DNA from: Utricularia gibba
Taxonomy: Eukaryota > Plantae > Magnoliophyta
NCBI GenBank assembly: GCA_002189035.1
Contig: CM007990.1
Span: 1,550,001 to 1,614,000 of the forward strand
DNA: 64,000 bases
Direction: 5' to 3'
The notes beneath the pieces were generated by a model, which was not told the origin of the DNA, made no database searches, and saw nothing but the letters and a program-made list of their open reading frames with translations. A program made the translations under genes and the position numbers. Below are positions 43,001-56,310 of this stretch, piece after piece; position 1 is the stretch's first letter, and each line of letters starts with the position of its first letter.

Positions 43001-43845
43001 ATCTTTTACTTTAATTCTAAAATAAAAAATTATTGTCACAATAAATAAATGTAATTTGTTGAAAATTTTTCAAAAATTTTGTATGCATATGTTTAATAAT
43101 TTCACTACAATAAGAATTGCTTGAAAATTTGGAAAAAAACAAATACAATTTATTTAATACATTGAGAAATACCACTTAAAAGATCTGTGCAAATTAGTAA
43201 AATGGTTTTATAAGTTTAATCATTTCTCTATAATAATTTTATAAGGTACTTCAAAGTAGTAAAATTATTTGCAAGTACCCACTGAGAAAAAATTTACATT
43301 ATTTCAAGAAAGTCAATTAAATATTTTTTGAAATGAATAACAGTTTTCAACAAAGTGTATATCGAATTCACTCTAGTTGGACAGTCTAATTTAAATTTTT
43401 TATCACAAATGTCATAAGTATCACAAAGAAGCTTAAATAGTTGTTTTTTTTAATATTATATGACTTTAAAGTAGTCATGATGTTTTTTTATCAAAATCAA
43501 AATTGATTTACAATTTTTCAATTCATTTTGAACACATAAAATTAAAATATGATAAACATATCTTATATGAAAAAATACATCGTTTTAAAGAGAATTTATA
43601 TCAACTTTTAAAATTTTAATAGCATTAATGTTTGCATCAGCATTATTTAAGGAAATCAAAATTATTCATTCAAAAACGTCGTAACTTTGCAAACATCCGT
43701 AGTAAATTTAACAATAGTAGAAGCATTATGTGGAAATTCTCAAGGTTTATATTCTAATGTTATTTTATGCATAATCCATTTATTATCTATCAAAGTACAA
43801 GTAAAAACAATATAATGATTACAATTAATCCATTTCCAACCATAA

Positions 43846-46800
43846 GAACATCTTTACTCATTTCTGGAAATGCTCATATGACATTTCTGGAAATGACTTA
43901 AAGGTTTTTGAAAATGGGTAAACTTGTTTCTCCTTTCTTCAAGAAACAAAAATGAGGAAGGCCCATTTTTGGCAAGGCATCAAATATCTCATTTTTCCCA
44001 CGAGACAAACGATTGTTTAATTTTTTCCCTTGTTTTGGATTCTGGATGCAGAGTTAGGGTACCCATGTCTTCTACTTAAAGGTAAATTTGTCAAAGCCAG
44101 GTTAATATAATCTAGATAAAAAGTAATTCTTTGATGGTATTAAGCACTCATTGTAAATGAGTCCGCCGATTTTGGCAGAATAGTGATTCTCTCAAGTAGT
44201 TCATTGTCCATTTATGCATTTCTCACTCCTTTCCAAAAAACCCAATCGCTTAACGTAATCTTTCGTTCTTAATATGATTTATCTAGATTTATACTATTTC
44301 GTTTTATCTAGTTGTATTCTTTTATGTTTCTCTCCCATATCAACTTGGAATGTTACATTTGATTTGGAATTTCGCAATGAAACGGCTTTGTACTATTTTC
44401 TTGGTTATGAATTTTGTGTGCTTTTGCTGTAAATGTAATAATACCTTTCTTCTTGCACCATTTCTTAGTGGATATAATTTTAATTTTTAACATTAACAGT
44501 CAAAATTCACAATCATATCTTCTAGGCTAATGATATTCCTTCTCGGCCACTAGATATGCAACTACCTTTTTTTTAAGGTAGTTTATTCTTCTATAAGAGG
44601 TTTGATCATTTTTTTTTGTAGAACAGCCGATCAGGGACTACAATCATAAAGATAGAGCGATAAAGATAAGTGGATCCTAATTTTGACTTAGCTAAATACT
44701 AGTAAGGATCTGATTCATGGAGCTTATTAAAAGGAAAAAAAGTTTTTTAAAGAAAGTTGTTGACTACTACCATGAAGCTACTGTCGTTTCTCATAGTACT
44801 AATACTATAAGACATCAATTGATTAGTTTGAGTCAAGATTGTATCAAATTCAGAGGTTGTATGTATAGAGTCATGACAAGGGGAAGAAGTGGTTATAATG
44901 ATTACGAATTTTAGCAACATGCATTGAAATTAACAAACATGAAGGGAAGAAAGATTTTATAGATATCAAGTGTTGGGATATCTTACATTTAGAGTCAAAG
45001 TGTATGTCGGTACATAAAATTGCATTTTCTATCATTTACCTATTACTTTTATCATAGTATAGATGCGTGTATGTTTTTTTTGCTAGATTTCAAGATTATT
45101 AGATGAAGGTTTCACAATGGGATCAAATGATCTAGGGACTCCACCTTCACACTTCTTCATTGTCGAAAAAGAATCAAAATCTTTAGGATAATAGACAGCT
45201 AAGCGTAAATAGGAACAAAATGAAGTGATTGACTCTATTTATTCTTTCAAGAAGAAAGCATTTGGGAGATACATGAATGGTATCTCGGGCCTTCATCAGG
45301 ATATTCAAAAGAAAACTGATGTGATGTCGGTATTTAATTAGATATATTATTTGAATGTGCTTGATAGATTTTTCAAAAAGGATGTAAGTAAGATGACCCC
45401 TTAATAAAGAATGATGCATGAAATGGCCTTTCATGGTTTTGCAAATGTAAAATTGTTAACTAGAGATAAAGGTACATCAAAGAGAACGTGGATGATGAAA
45501 TTATCGATTTTTATGATGATTGATAAGCTTCATGGTCTTTATTTTGTTGCTAAATGAAAATAAAAAGGGTTGTTAGCAATACAAGTGGTTCGTGGAATTT
45601 AGTCTGTTTGCCTATTTAAGGTTCATGTATCCATATGATTTCCTCACTCAATTATTACCATTAATCCATTATTTCCCAAACCTTTCCATTTTTTTGTTGA
45701 GGATAACACAGATTATGAAGCAATTGTTGAAGAAGAATATTAATTTATTCTTCAATGACTCAAATGAGGAGCCACAAAAACCTTCTCGACAACGACATCC
45801 ATGGCAACAAGTTGAACGCAATCGTGAATTAGAACATGAAAGGTTGGTAGTTGATTATTTTTGCAACAACCCAACTTACAAATGAACAATTCCGTAGTAG
45901 ATTTAGAATGAACCGTTCTTTATTTGAAAGAATTTCTAAGACTATCAAATATCAAGATTACTACTTTCAAGACAAAGTGGATTGCATAGATTGTCTAAGG
46001 TTAAAACTTTACAATAGTGCATGCTGCTATGCAATTGTTAGCTTTTGGTTCAAGTGGTGATAGTGTTGATTAATATATTCGAATTGGAGAGACAACATCC
46101 ATCAAGTGTATTTGTTATTTTGTTACTGTCATTCACTCTTGTTTTTTAGACTAATATTTACGATCACCCACAATAGAAGATTTGAAGTGTTTGCTTGCTT
46201 AGAGTGAGGCTAGGAGGTTTCCTAGAATGCTTGGAAGAGTGGATTGCGGGCATTGTGAGTGGAAAAATTGTTCAATGGCATGACAAGATCAATTTAAATA
46301 TGCAGACCATCGTAAACCATCATTCATGTTAGAAGCTGTGACATATGTTAATATATGGATTTGGCACGTATTTTTTGGAATGCTAGGTGCGAATAATGAT
46401 ACCAATATTTTATGGCATTCTCATTTACTAAATAAGTTACATAATGAGATTTCACCATGAGTCCAATTCACTATCAATGGTACTAATTACAACATGAGAT
46501 ATTACTATGCTGATAGCATTTATCCAGAATCGGTTATGTCTGTGAAATCTATTATACTGCCACAAAGTTGAAAAACTCGTTGTTATGCTAGATTCTAGGA
46601 GAATGCTAAAAAAGACATAGAGCGTACTTTTAGGATAATACAAAGTAGGTTTGAAATATTAATGTCTCCTAGAAGAGTTTGAGATCGAAAAACTTTAGGA
46701 GATATTATATATGCATGTATCATATTACATTATATGATTGTAGAAGATGAATGTTATATCATTCTTGGAAGCAATACTATGGATGAATATGAAAGATCTA

Positions 46801-47150
46801 CGATTATCGAACCACTGGAAATTTATAGGGATGTTGGGATCAATATGCAAAATTATTTTATTTAAGTCGAATAGAGCATTCATATGATATAGGCATCCAA
46901 CGATGGCTAAAAAATGATATGGTTGAGAAGATCTAGGTAAACTTTAATTGATTTCTAAATTTTTTATGGTATTTCAAATAATTTCATTCCATAATTTTGT
47001 AATATCATTTATCAATCTTAATATTTAAAATTAAAATGCAGTTTTGAATCTTTATTTTAATATTATTTTAATATTACAATTTCCAAAAATTCAAAAATTC
47101 AATTTTCGAAAATGCCATGTCAGTGTTTCCGGATATTGATAAATATGTTC
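43846..47150 (+). mobile_element. PIF/Harbinger (Pong-like) transposon 2, heavily decayed; ends approximate
   Basis: ORF1 relic at about 44650-45550 (LNTSKDLIHG). Transposase relic at about 45780-46930 (ERLVVDYF, FRSRFRMNRSLF, GFPRMLG, EWKNC, WIWHVFFG, GANND, KKDIERTF). TIR-like ends are only weakly recognisable. Confidence 0.8.
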
Positions 47151-47308
47151 TCACAAGTCAAAGAAAACATGCATTATGTACTTGCAAATAAATAAATAAG
47201 TTCTAAATGCATAGATTTAAATTCATTGAAGGTACATCTAGTTTTCTTAGTACTGAATTTTTAATAACTAGGATTGAGTGTTAATAAAGCAAAAGAGTAA
47301 AAGTAAAA

Positions 47309-50300
47309 CATGATGTTTGATATATGGGATAAATTATACTAAGGGATAATTTATACTATGAATATAGGATAAAATAATGGGAGGGGAATGGTTGAAATAA
47401 AATTATTCATACTATGAAATGTCTATTTTACCGTTCAATTTGTGGAAATATAATTCCTGCTTGAGTTTTGCTTTCGCTCTTCACAGCGTAGTTGCCTTCA
47501 CCCCTCACGCGTGTATCATTAGGGTTCAACGTTCCAAGACAACGAAGGTTAATTTCTGTCTCTTCTTGACATTTTTGGGTTATTTGGGTTGTATTTTGAG
47601 GGTTTTCAATAAAGTGAGTCTTTTGAAGGAATCTGACTATTATGAAGACTTACTTTCAATTTTTGAATGAATAATATTTTCTTGTTATTTGAATTGTTAG
47701 GTATCATAGGTAATAGGCAACAAAAAAAGCTCTGTTGGTTGATGTTGTGTAAATCGTTCTTATTTACACAAGAATGCACTATTTGAATTGCATTGATACT
47801 TTTTTTGCTATGGAGACAACTTATCAAAGCTAGATCACCAACAAGACACACAATACGTGATAAGATACCGAGACAAGCTAGGTACATGAATAATTTGGTG
47901 AGCGATTTTAGAGATGCTGTTCACGATAATCTGCGTCTACGAACGGATACTTTCAATAAGCTATGTGTTCTTCTACAACATCGCAGTAGATTCAAATCAG
48001 GTAAGTATGTGAGTGTCCAAGAAATGGTGGCATCCTTTTTACGAGTGCTTGCACACCATAGAAAGCAACGAGAGCAGAAGTTGTACTTTTATCGTTCTAC
48101 TGAGATTGTGAATCGATGGTTTCATATTGTCCTCCGAGCAGTACTAAAACTACAGAAATTTATGTTCATCAAACCCCATCAGATAGTAGATTCTAGTCCA
48201 TTTAGCTATTTTGAGGTATGAGTTTCTTATGTCAAAGTTGTTGATAAAATTGTTGATTCTTTTAGTTATTGTGACTTTTTGTTTTAGAATTGTCCTGGAG
48301 CTCTGGATGGTATCTATATAGATGTAACAGTTAAGGAAGTAGAGAAGCCTCGTTGGAGAACATGCAAAGGAACAATTGTGACAAACGTACTAGGGGTGTA
48401 TGATGAAGAAATGAACTTTATATATGTTCTTGCTGGTTGGGAGGGATCGGCAGCTGATAGTCAAGTTCTTGGTGATGTTCTTACAAGACAGCCTAGTTTT
48501 CGAGTTCCACGAGGTGATGTGTTGAATTTTCAGTGAAAAATAAGATTTATATGTGATTCACTAATTGTTATGTGTTGAATTTTTAAGAATTTGTATGTAT
48601 TCATTGTAGGTCGATACTATCTTGTGAACTATGGTTACTCAAATAGTAAGGGCTTTTTGACACTATATAGAAGCATTCGATATCACTTGAAAGAATGGGG
48701 CCAAAGCAGTCAAGCACCACTAAACGAGCAAGAATACTTCAACATGCGCCATGCCAAAGCTAGAAATGTAATTGAGAGGGCATGGGGTTTGATGAAAAAG
48801 CAATGGGGAGTATTACGCAGCCCTTCATTTTATGTTATAGAATGACAAATATAATCTTAGCATGCACAATATTGCACAACTTCATTCGTAGAGAAATGAA
48901 TGTGGATCCATTTGAAGTTGAAGTAGGCGAGCAATATAAGGAAGAAATTGTTAGCAACCATATTAGCACAATAAAGACTTCACAAGCTTGGACAACATGG
49001 CGGGATAACCTAGCATCTAATATGTATCAACAATGGTTGTCTAGACGGCATTAGAGATTATTGTTATTTTTATTTGAGGTTAGAATTATTTTTTTTTACT
49101 GTTGATATATTTTCCCATATTGAGTTGTTACAAGAAAATATATTTTCTTGTTTGCTAGTGTGACATGTTGTCTACAAAAATATGTTCTTGTTCATAGTTA
49201 ATAACATGGAAAACTGAATTTTGTTTGTTGACTTAGTATTCCTTATTGCATTTTTCTAGATGTTGGTAATTTAATAATTATAAATTTGAATGCATTAATA
49301 TGCATGAGAAGTAGCTTACCGGGCCTAAGTTGATGTAATTATAAATTCCTTTTTCCTCATTTTTTTGGGAAATGTGCGTAGATGACTTTAGGCAAAATTT
49401 GATGTATTTCAATTTTCATTGATTTTATTTTACACTCTAAAGATTACCCACTTTCCATGGCTCTTGGTGCAAGATGTCTCTCCCTATCTCTGTACATCTC
49501 ATCCATTAGATAACAGTTATTTCATCTTGCATTTCAGCTGATTGAATGCCCATCTATTTATGAGCTGATGGTGTGCTGATATTTTTAAGTGGGAGTAGGC
49601 AAATCATGATCCTGACATGTTCAGCGTGTAAAAACTGGACGGCTTCAACGAGCCTGTAAGCCTATTGAAGTTAGGGACCTCATGTCAACAACGGAAACCG
49701 TCAGCATAATTAGGCAGCAAATGATCCTCCCCTTTTTTGTTCAAGTGATGTAACTACAACACTCCGATTCAAGTGACTCGCATCCAAAATTTTTTGAGCA
49801 TTCAACAACTTAAATGGAGACAACAAAATTTTATAGAATAAAATTAATGCTACTAAATGGAGACCACAAATGAACCAAAATATAGCTAAAGAAAACATGC
49901 ATTCTTAGACTTGATAACAATAAGATTCATTACATCTGATAAAAAAAATAAAATCATAGAGTTTCATTAACATCTGCAAAATAGATAGCATAAGCATGGA
50001 GCACCCATGCATCGAAACAACTTAACTTCAACACTAGAGTTCCATTAAGATCTGACCAACTAGATGACTTTGTTCAACCTCATTCATAGTTAGTAAACAA
50101 TTGACTTTTGCTGAATCATTGAGTAGTTTGGACGAAACAACAAGTCGATTAGTAACACTCATTCCCATACTAGAAATTATAGTACTTATTTTTTTCTTTC
50201 ATTCATATCAACACCCAACATTTCTGCTGCCGGCAGAATTGTGTCCCTGTTCTTCAACGCAAGAGCTTCAAGTTGATCTTATAATCTGGTTATGAGAAGA

Positions 50301-51156
50301 ATAGTGTCATCAGGAGCCTTTCGTTTCCCTTTCCTTCCATTTCCACCACCAGAACCATGTACATTAACAGCAGATGAATCACCAAAGGAAGACAAGGGGT
50401 CTTGCGAAGTTCTAGCAACATCTTGCATTTCTTTGGTCTCTTATATATCCTCTAATCCTACAGATTGTATGTCTTCATCTATGGCTCGATCACCATCAGC
50501 TCGATCTTTCCCAAAAATGTTACGCCAGTCCTCATAGAACGGGAATGATTTGTCTTTCATGGCTGAGAATACAACAGAATTAAATTTATTAAATAATGTT
50601 ACCTGAAGCAGTTCATTCCAATGCTCCTCTGTAGCATCAATCAATTTTATAATTGAGTTGAAACTATTACTAGATTTTGAAAGAAAATCATGCACTATGC
50701 TCCACTCTTTTTTCGAAATCTTAATCTTCGATTCGATGTGTGAATTGGCCTTAAGATTAGAATTTAGAAACTTCGATTGCATTTCTTTCTCGAGGGTGTG
50801 CAGGTAGTTGGCCCTAAAACCATTCTCACACTTGCCTCCATTCACTACAAAATGCTTGAGACAACAGATGAATGTTGCTTCCTACGTTGGAGTCCAAGAA
50901 CGACGTTGTCGCTTTGATTTTCCGCTAGCATCTTCCATGGGAAGAGAACTAGGGCAATTATTGTCCATTTTAGGAATATTTAAATACAAAGGGTAAAAAG
51001 GTAAATTTCTTTTATAAAATAATAATAACTTATTGTTTTCCCATCTTTATTCGAAATATACCAAACACCTCGTAAATTATTATCCTGTCATATATTTACT
51101 CTTATCCCAAATAAAAATTATCCTAGATATAAATTATTCATGTATCAAACATATTC
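47309..51156. mobile_element. PIF-like Harbinger transposon 3 with convergent ORFs (spliced transposase +, Myb/SANT ORF -)
   Basis: About 45-bp imperfect terminal inverted repeats (ATGTTTGATA..GGATAATTT) with TAA on the right. Transposase exons at about 47790-48215, 48288-48513 and 48611-49054 (GALDG, VLAGWEGSAAD, RNVIERAWG, LHNFIR). Myb/SANT ORF from ATG 50938 to about 50080 with an in-frame TAG. Confidence 0.88.
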
Positions 51157-51870
51157 TAATTGTATATAAATACTAATTTTGAGATTTCCAAAACCAATGT
51201 GGAATGTTTGGACATCTCCTTCAATAATAAAGACTCTATATATAAGAAGTGATGAGTTTAAAACAAAACACAAGCAAACCATCAAAAACAGCAACTAGAA
51301 TTAATAAAAGTAGAGAAACACAACCAAATAGAAACGTTGAGGATAAGATAAGGTAAGAAACTCCATATCCACACAACTGGTATTCATATTCCAAAGCAGG
51401 GGACACCACCACAAAAACTCCATTAAAAAGATCAAAATACGCTTCTTCTAGTGCCATTCTTAGCCACTTGCTCTCTGCATTTTGAATTTGATCCTTGGTT
51501 AAGTGGGCGATTCTGTTGATCACTCCAACAAGAAGATAGAAGAAAAATTGTATGCTTCGACACAATCCCCCACCTCCAAACAATCCTTGTGCTCGAGTGA
51601 TGCTTTACAAGTGTCACTTCCTATTGTGAATGCTTCTTTATGACCTTTATTGGTATTCATCTTCCCCTTTTTTTTGGAGGAAAATCATGCGATTTTACAT
51701 TGCAAGCTACGGTCTGCTTCAAGTATTTTCATAATATTTATTTTTGCACTATAAAGTCTGCGATTTTAAATAAATTTATTTAATTTCCAACTTATGCATG
51801 CAATGACGCACAAAATGGTGGGGTTGGTGTTATGAGCCATAAAGAAATATGAATTTAAATGTCATCACTC

Positions 51871-51890
51871 TGACGACACTGCATACGTCA
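51871..51890 (+). promoter_or_regulatory. ocs/as-1 element (TGA bZIP site) of GST copy 1
   Basis: TGACG-ACACTGCAT-ACGTCA has the 20-bp ocs geometry (TGACG-N9-ACGTCA) and lies 36 nt upstream of TATATAAA at 51927-34. Typical of tau GST promoters. Confidence 0.8.
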
Positions 51891-52021
51891 TACCTTCTGA
51901 AGAAGCACCAGCATAGTTGCAGCTTCTATATAAATGTGCACAAGGTAACACAATTTCCCACCAACGAATTCTCATCACAAGTCTTTTTTTTTCTGTCTCT
52001 GATTTGCACATCTCAAACTCC

Positions 52022-52829
52022 ATGGCTGCAGAATCGGCACAAGTGAAGCTTTTGGGTATAAGGCAAAGCCCATTTGTACTGAGGGCGCGTATAGCCCTCC
52101 ACCTTAAGTCCGTGGAGTCCGAGTTCCTCGAGGAACATTTTCCTGGTAAGAGCGAACTCCTCCTCAAATCCAATCCTGTTATGAAGAAAGTTCCCGTTCT
52201 CATCCACGGGGATGTCCCAATCTCTGAATCTCTCGTGATTCTTCACTACATCGATGAAACCTGGTCCCAGGGATACCCGATCCTCCCTTCTCATCCCCAC
52301 GACCGCGCTGTTGCCCGGTTCTGGGCTTCCTACATCGACGAAAAGGTACGATTTTGGAATAGTCCTTATGCCTGGGAGTGCGTGTGAATCCGATTTACAC
52401 TACGAATTTGTTGATTTAATAGTACTTTCCGAGCTCATTTTTGTTTGCTCTGTTGTAGTGGTTTCCATCTGTTAGAGGCATCATGCTGACAGAAGGAGAA
52501 GAGTTGAGAAAGAACGTAGAGGGAGCCACAGAAGCAGTTGCGTTGTTGGAAAATGCTTTTGTGGGTATAAGCAAAGGGAGTAAATTCTTCGGGGAGAAAC
52601 CATCGGATATCTGGACATTGCGGCAGGATGCTTTCTCCAATGGTTGGATGTTATCGAGGCACTGTCTGGTGTGAAGTTCATCGACGAGATCAAGACTCCG
52701 AATTTGTTCCATTGGGCTCAATATTTCACCTCCGACCCGGCGGTGAAGGATCTTTTGCCCCAGAACGAAGAGCTCGTGGAGTTCGCTAAGTTCCTCATCA
52801 GCAGGTTCAAAGCTCCGGCGAAGAACTAA
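52022..52829 (+). CDS. GSTU: Tau-class glutathione S-transferase copy 1 (GSTU17/18-like), with a -1 frameshift in exon 2 as given
   Basis: Exons 52022-52345 and 52459-52829; exon 2 is 371 nt versus 372 in copy 2. TTCGGGGAGAAACC versus TTCGGAGGAGAAACC. Motifs SPF, SNPVMKKVPVL, ISESLVI and ARFWASYIDEK. Confidence 0.88.
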
Positions 52830-55335
52830 GTCTTTCCACGGTGCTTCTCGTTACATTTGTATGTTGCGCGCTTTTCCCGTTGCTGTTGGCGAGTGGGTAT
52901 TGTATGCGAAGACTTAGTAAGGTTTCTTTGACACAATCAATTAACTAATTTCCAAAATCAAGTGGGCAAAGCTCGGATATGAGTAGACACGTGTCACACA
53001 GTTTTATGAAATGATTTTACTAAGGCTGAATGGGCTTCATAGGAACAGCACACTAAGATCGAAGCTCACATGGATATCCTAGTGAACTTTCAAATTCAAT
53101 TCCTTGCTTCGAAAATTGGCAATTTTATACCATATGTACTTCATAATATTCAATATTGTCGCAACTCATTTAAATAGGAATATATTTACACACTTAAAAA
53201 TTAAATATCCTCATTTTGATTGTGTTAAATACTCAAATAGATAGAGGTTAAACAGTATTTGATGTTGTCAAAAATCTATTCTTTCTAATATCATTTCACA
53301 TAGCTCAAATTTCAGATTCATATGGTTAAAAAGCAATAAAACATACAGAGATTTATTCAAGAAAATAGAAAAAAATATGAGTTTCGTGAGCAAACAACTT
53401 GAGAATGATGTTCTTCATGAAATCCACTAGAAGTAGGATGAATTTGAGAACAAATATGAAGGTTCTCTGCAGCAATGCATTATGGGGTGAGGTGGTAGTG
53501 AGGATGAGGTTTATTTCTTGTAAGATGAGGATGTCTGTAAAATTTGAAGTCAAGATTTCTATTATAGTGATGGATGTCTCTTTTTATTAGAGTGAAATCG
53601 AATTTTGTACATCCTAAGCAATCTCCTACAACTTAACCATGCATATTGAAAATTAAAATCATAATTTCATAAACTAAAACTGAAGATCAAGTATTAGTCA
53701 TAGTTGAAAATAGAATCAACACCATGGAATATTCAAAAAACATAAGAAAATAAAATCAAGTATATTATCCCTTAACTATTGTTCATGATTCGAAATAATA
53801 GTGCTAAAATTGGGTTTTGTTATAGAGAATCTCTAGATGAAAATTTTAGTTTTCTAAGAATCATCTTCTCCAATCATCCTAAGAATCAATGGATTTAGTC
53901 TCCTTTTAAACATAAAATTGCAAACAACATAAACATGATTAAAATATTAACAATCATATACAAAACACAAAAATTAAAATAAAACATGATGATTTTATAT
54001 CATAAAAATGTTAATAAAATATGTATTATTAAACTTATTTTATCATGTTGCATGATAATACTGTTGTATGATTTCGATTTAAAACTGAATACATCTAATT
54101 TTAAAACTTTTTGATGAATACCCCATTTTCATTTATATATCTGCTAAATACCTTTGTTTTGATTAGATAAATTAATAAAAAATAAATATACATTTGATAA
54201 ATTAAAATAAATAAATATATGTTACCAAATATACTTATATGCATATTTGTTTTAAATAATACCTTGATTTAATTTCTTATATTTTCAAATTATTTGTTTA
54301 GTATAATGAAAAAAGTATTTTTTTTGAATAATTTGATTCAAAATATTATTTTATATTTTTAAAATTATAATGTTTATTAGTTTTTAGAAGTAGCCTTATA
54401 ATATTTTTATTTTTTTTCTTTATAGATTTCAAATATCAAATCTAAGAATTTTTTTTAAAATCTATAGTAACATGCAAAAGAAATGGAAACAACAATAATA
54501 TTGAATAACTAAAAGAACTAAAAATTGAAATAAGAGATATTTAGTGAACACTTTTAAAAGAAGGGGTATTTGGCAAATATACTTTTGGATAGTTATATGT
54601 TTTCTTATACATGTATAAGAATTTGCCTTGGTAACAGTGAAAAGCAATACATGCAATATATTTATTCTTGATATTTGTGCGGTATATCTCAGATAGTTAT
54701 AGGTTTTATTGACATGGTTCAAATTCCCATATTAGTTTCACGTAACGGCTTCCATTGTCTTCACAGGTTATATAAATATAAAAATGGTTAATTACACCAC
54801 TTCTTGGCATTTGAATTCTTGGAGGAATTCCCATTGGCTCTCCTCAATTCTTATTTGGGAAATTTTTCAGTCAATCTTTCCAAGCATCTTAACTGATTTT
54901 CCCTATTGGACGAAAATTTGTTAATCCTTCAGTAATCCGGCAGGTTCATCGTTTTGTAGACAAAGATGAGCTGTGGTGACAGTACTTGAAGGGATCCCAA
55001 ATTCAGAGATTCTCCGGTGGCCGACGGGCATTTAGACAAGCGGTGTCAACTTCAAAAATTAGTACTGAAATTGCGGTTTAATTATTCTAAAGCTGCGGAA
55101 AATTTTTAGGGTTTGTTTTCACTGTTTTTATCAAAAAATTTTAAGGTTTGTTCTTACCATTTTTGACAAAAATAATTTTTGAATACAGTTAAAAATAAAT
55201 CAGAAATAATTAAGAATCATTTTTGAATAAATGAATTTGACGGCAAAAAATAATTTCTGTTTATTTAATTTTTATAGAAAACATCATTTCTGTTTATTTT
55301 ACACGCCGAACCGTCCAGCGCGAAAAAGGGTAGGG

Positions 55336-55553
55336 TCTGTCGAAACGCTGCTAGACCATCCAGGCTGGCAGAGCTGGCCTAGAACGATCCTCAACCGCAG
55401 CCCACAGCGCGGGATTCAACCGGCTGGGGAGCCATACATCACGCTCTGGTCTAGCAGCCATAATTCATCATCCAGATTTGGTCTTCGTCTCTTTAGATCT
55501 CAAGGAGACGGATGTACGAGCCTATAGAACAGATCCTGTTCAAGTAAGGTCGT
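55336..55553 (-). ncRNA. U3: U3 snoRNA, 218 nt
   Basis: 5' end ACGACCTTACTTGAACAGGATCTGTTCTATAGGCTCGTAC is the plant U3 start. Box C' GATGATGA, box B AGAGCGTGA, box C TGAGGA, perfect 12-bp stem GCTGCTAGACCA/TGGTCTAGCAGC, terminal stem TCTG/CAGA and T5 terminator at 55327-23. Box D reads TCGA. Confidence 0.95.
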
Positions 55554-55576
55554 GCCTTGAGTAGGTACCTGGGTGG

Positions 55577-55618
55577 TTATAAACGCGATAGATGATTTGT
55601 AAATTGGCGATGTGGGAT
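55577..55618 (-). promoter_or_regulatory. U3 Pol III promoter (USE + TATA)
   Basis: USE ATCCCACATCG at 55618-55608, 24-nt spacer, TTTATAA at 55583-55577 starting 30 nt upstream of the U3 start. This is the short Pol III spacing known for plant U3 and U6. Confidence 0.92.
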
Positions 55619-55725
55619 AACCATGACCCTGGGTATTGGGCCAGGTTGCTTAGGTGGCCCATCGTGTAATTTGAATGTGCTATCTATTCTCGAGTCTTTG
55701 CGTCTAGGGTTTGTTTGGATGCCGA

Positions 55726-56310
55726 TAGACGTGGGCATGGATATGAGTTAACTTGGGTTAATCGTGAGTCGACTCGTATGAAATGGATACGAGTTACTCG
55801 TATTCGTGAAAAATAAGTACAAATCGAGTTAGTGATTTTCGACTTGACAATTTATTTGGATAACTCGTAAAAAAATGATTTTTAATCCAAAATATTTATT
55901 TATTAATTTAGTTTTTATATCTTTTTTATTTAATATATATATTTTGATATTAATTAATTCCAACTATATTATATATTATCAATACTAAATGTCGTAAAAA
56001 AGGAGGAAAAACATTATTACATTTTTTGAATTCGAATATTCAATAATTAAATAGATTATATACAAATAAAAATATTCTTGCACACTAAAAAAAAATAACT
56101 GAAAAATAGAATAATCATTTAAAAAAATAAGATAAAATATAAATTGATGAGTCCATACTCGAATCAAATCGATGAGTCGATAGTTAATGAGTCAACTTGG
56201 ATACGATATTAGTTAGGAATCAAAATCTGTCAATCCGTCTAAACCCTTAGGGCCATGACTCGATGAGTTACACTCGTTACTTGATGAGTCGCGACCCATG
56301 CCCAGGTCTA
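55726..56310. mobile_element. hAT-type MITE, 585 bp
   Basis: TIRs TAGACGTGGGCATGG and CCATGCCCAGGTCTA match at 14/15. 8-bp TSD GATGCCGA/GATGGCGA matches at 7/8. Subterminal GAGTC/GACTCG repeats. Confidence 0.88.
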
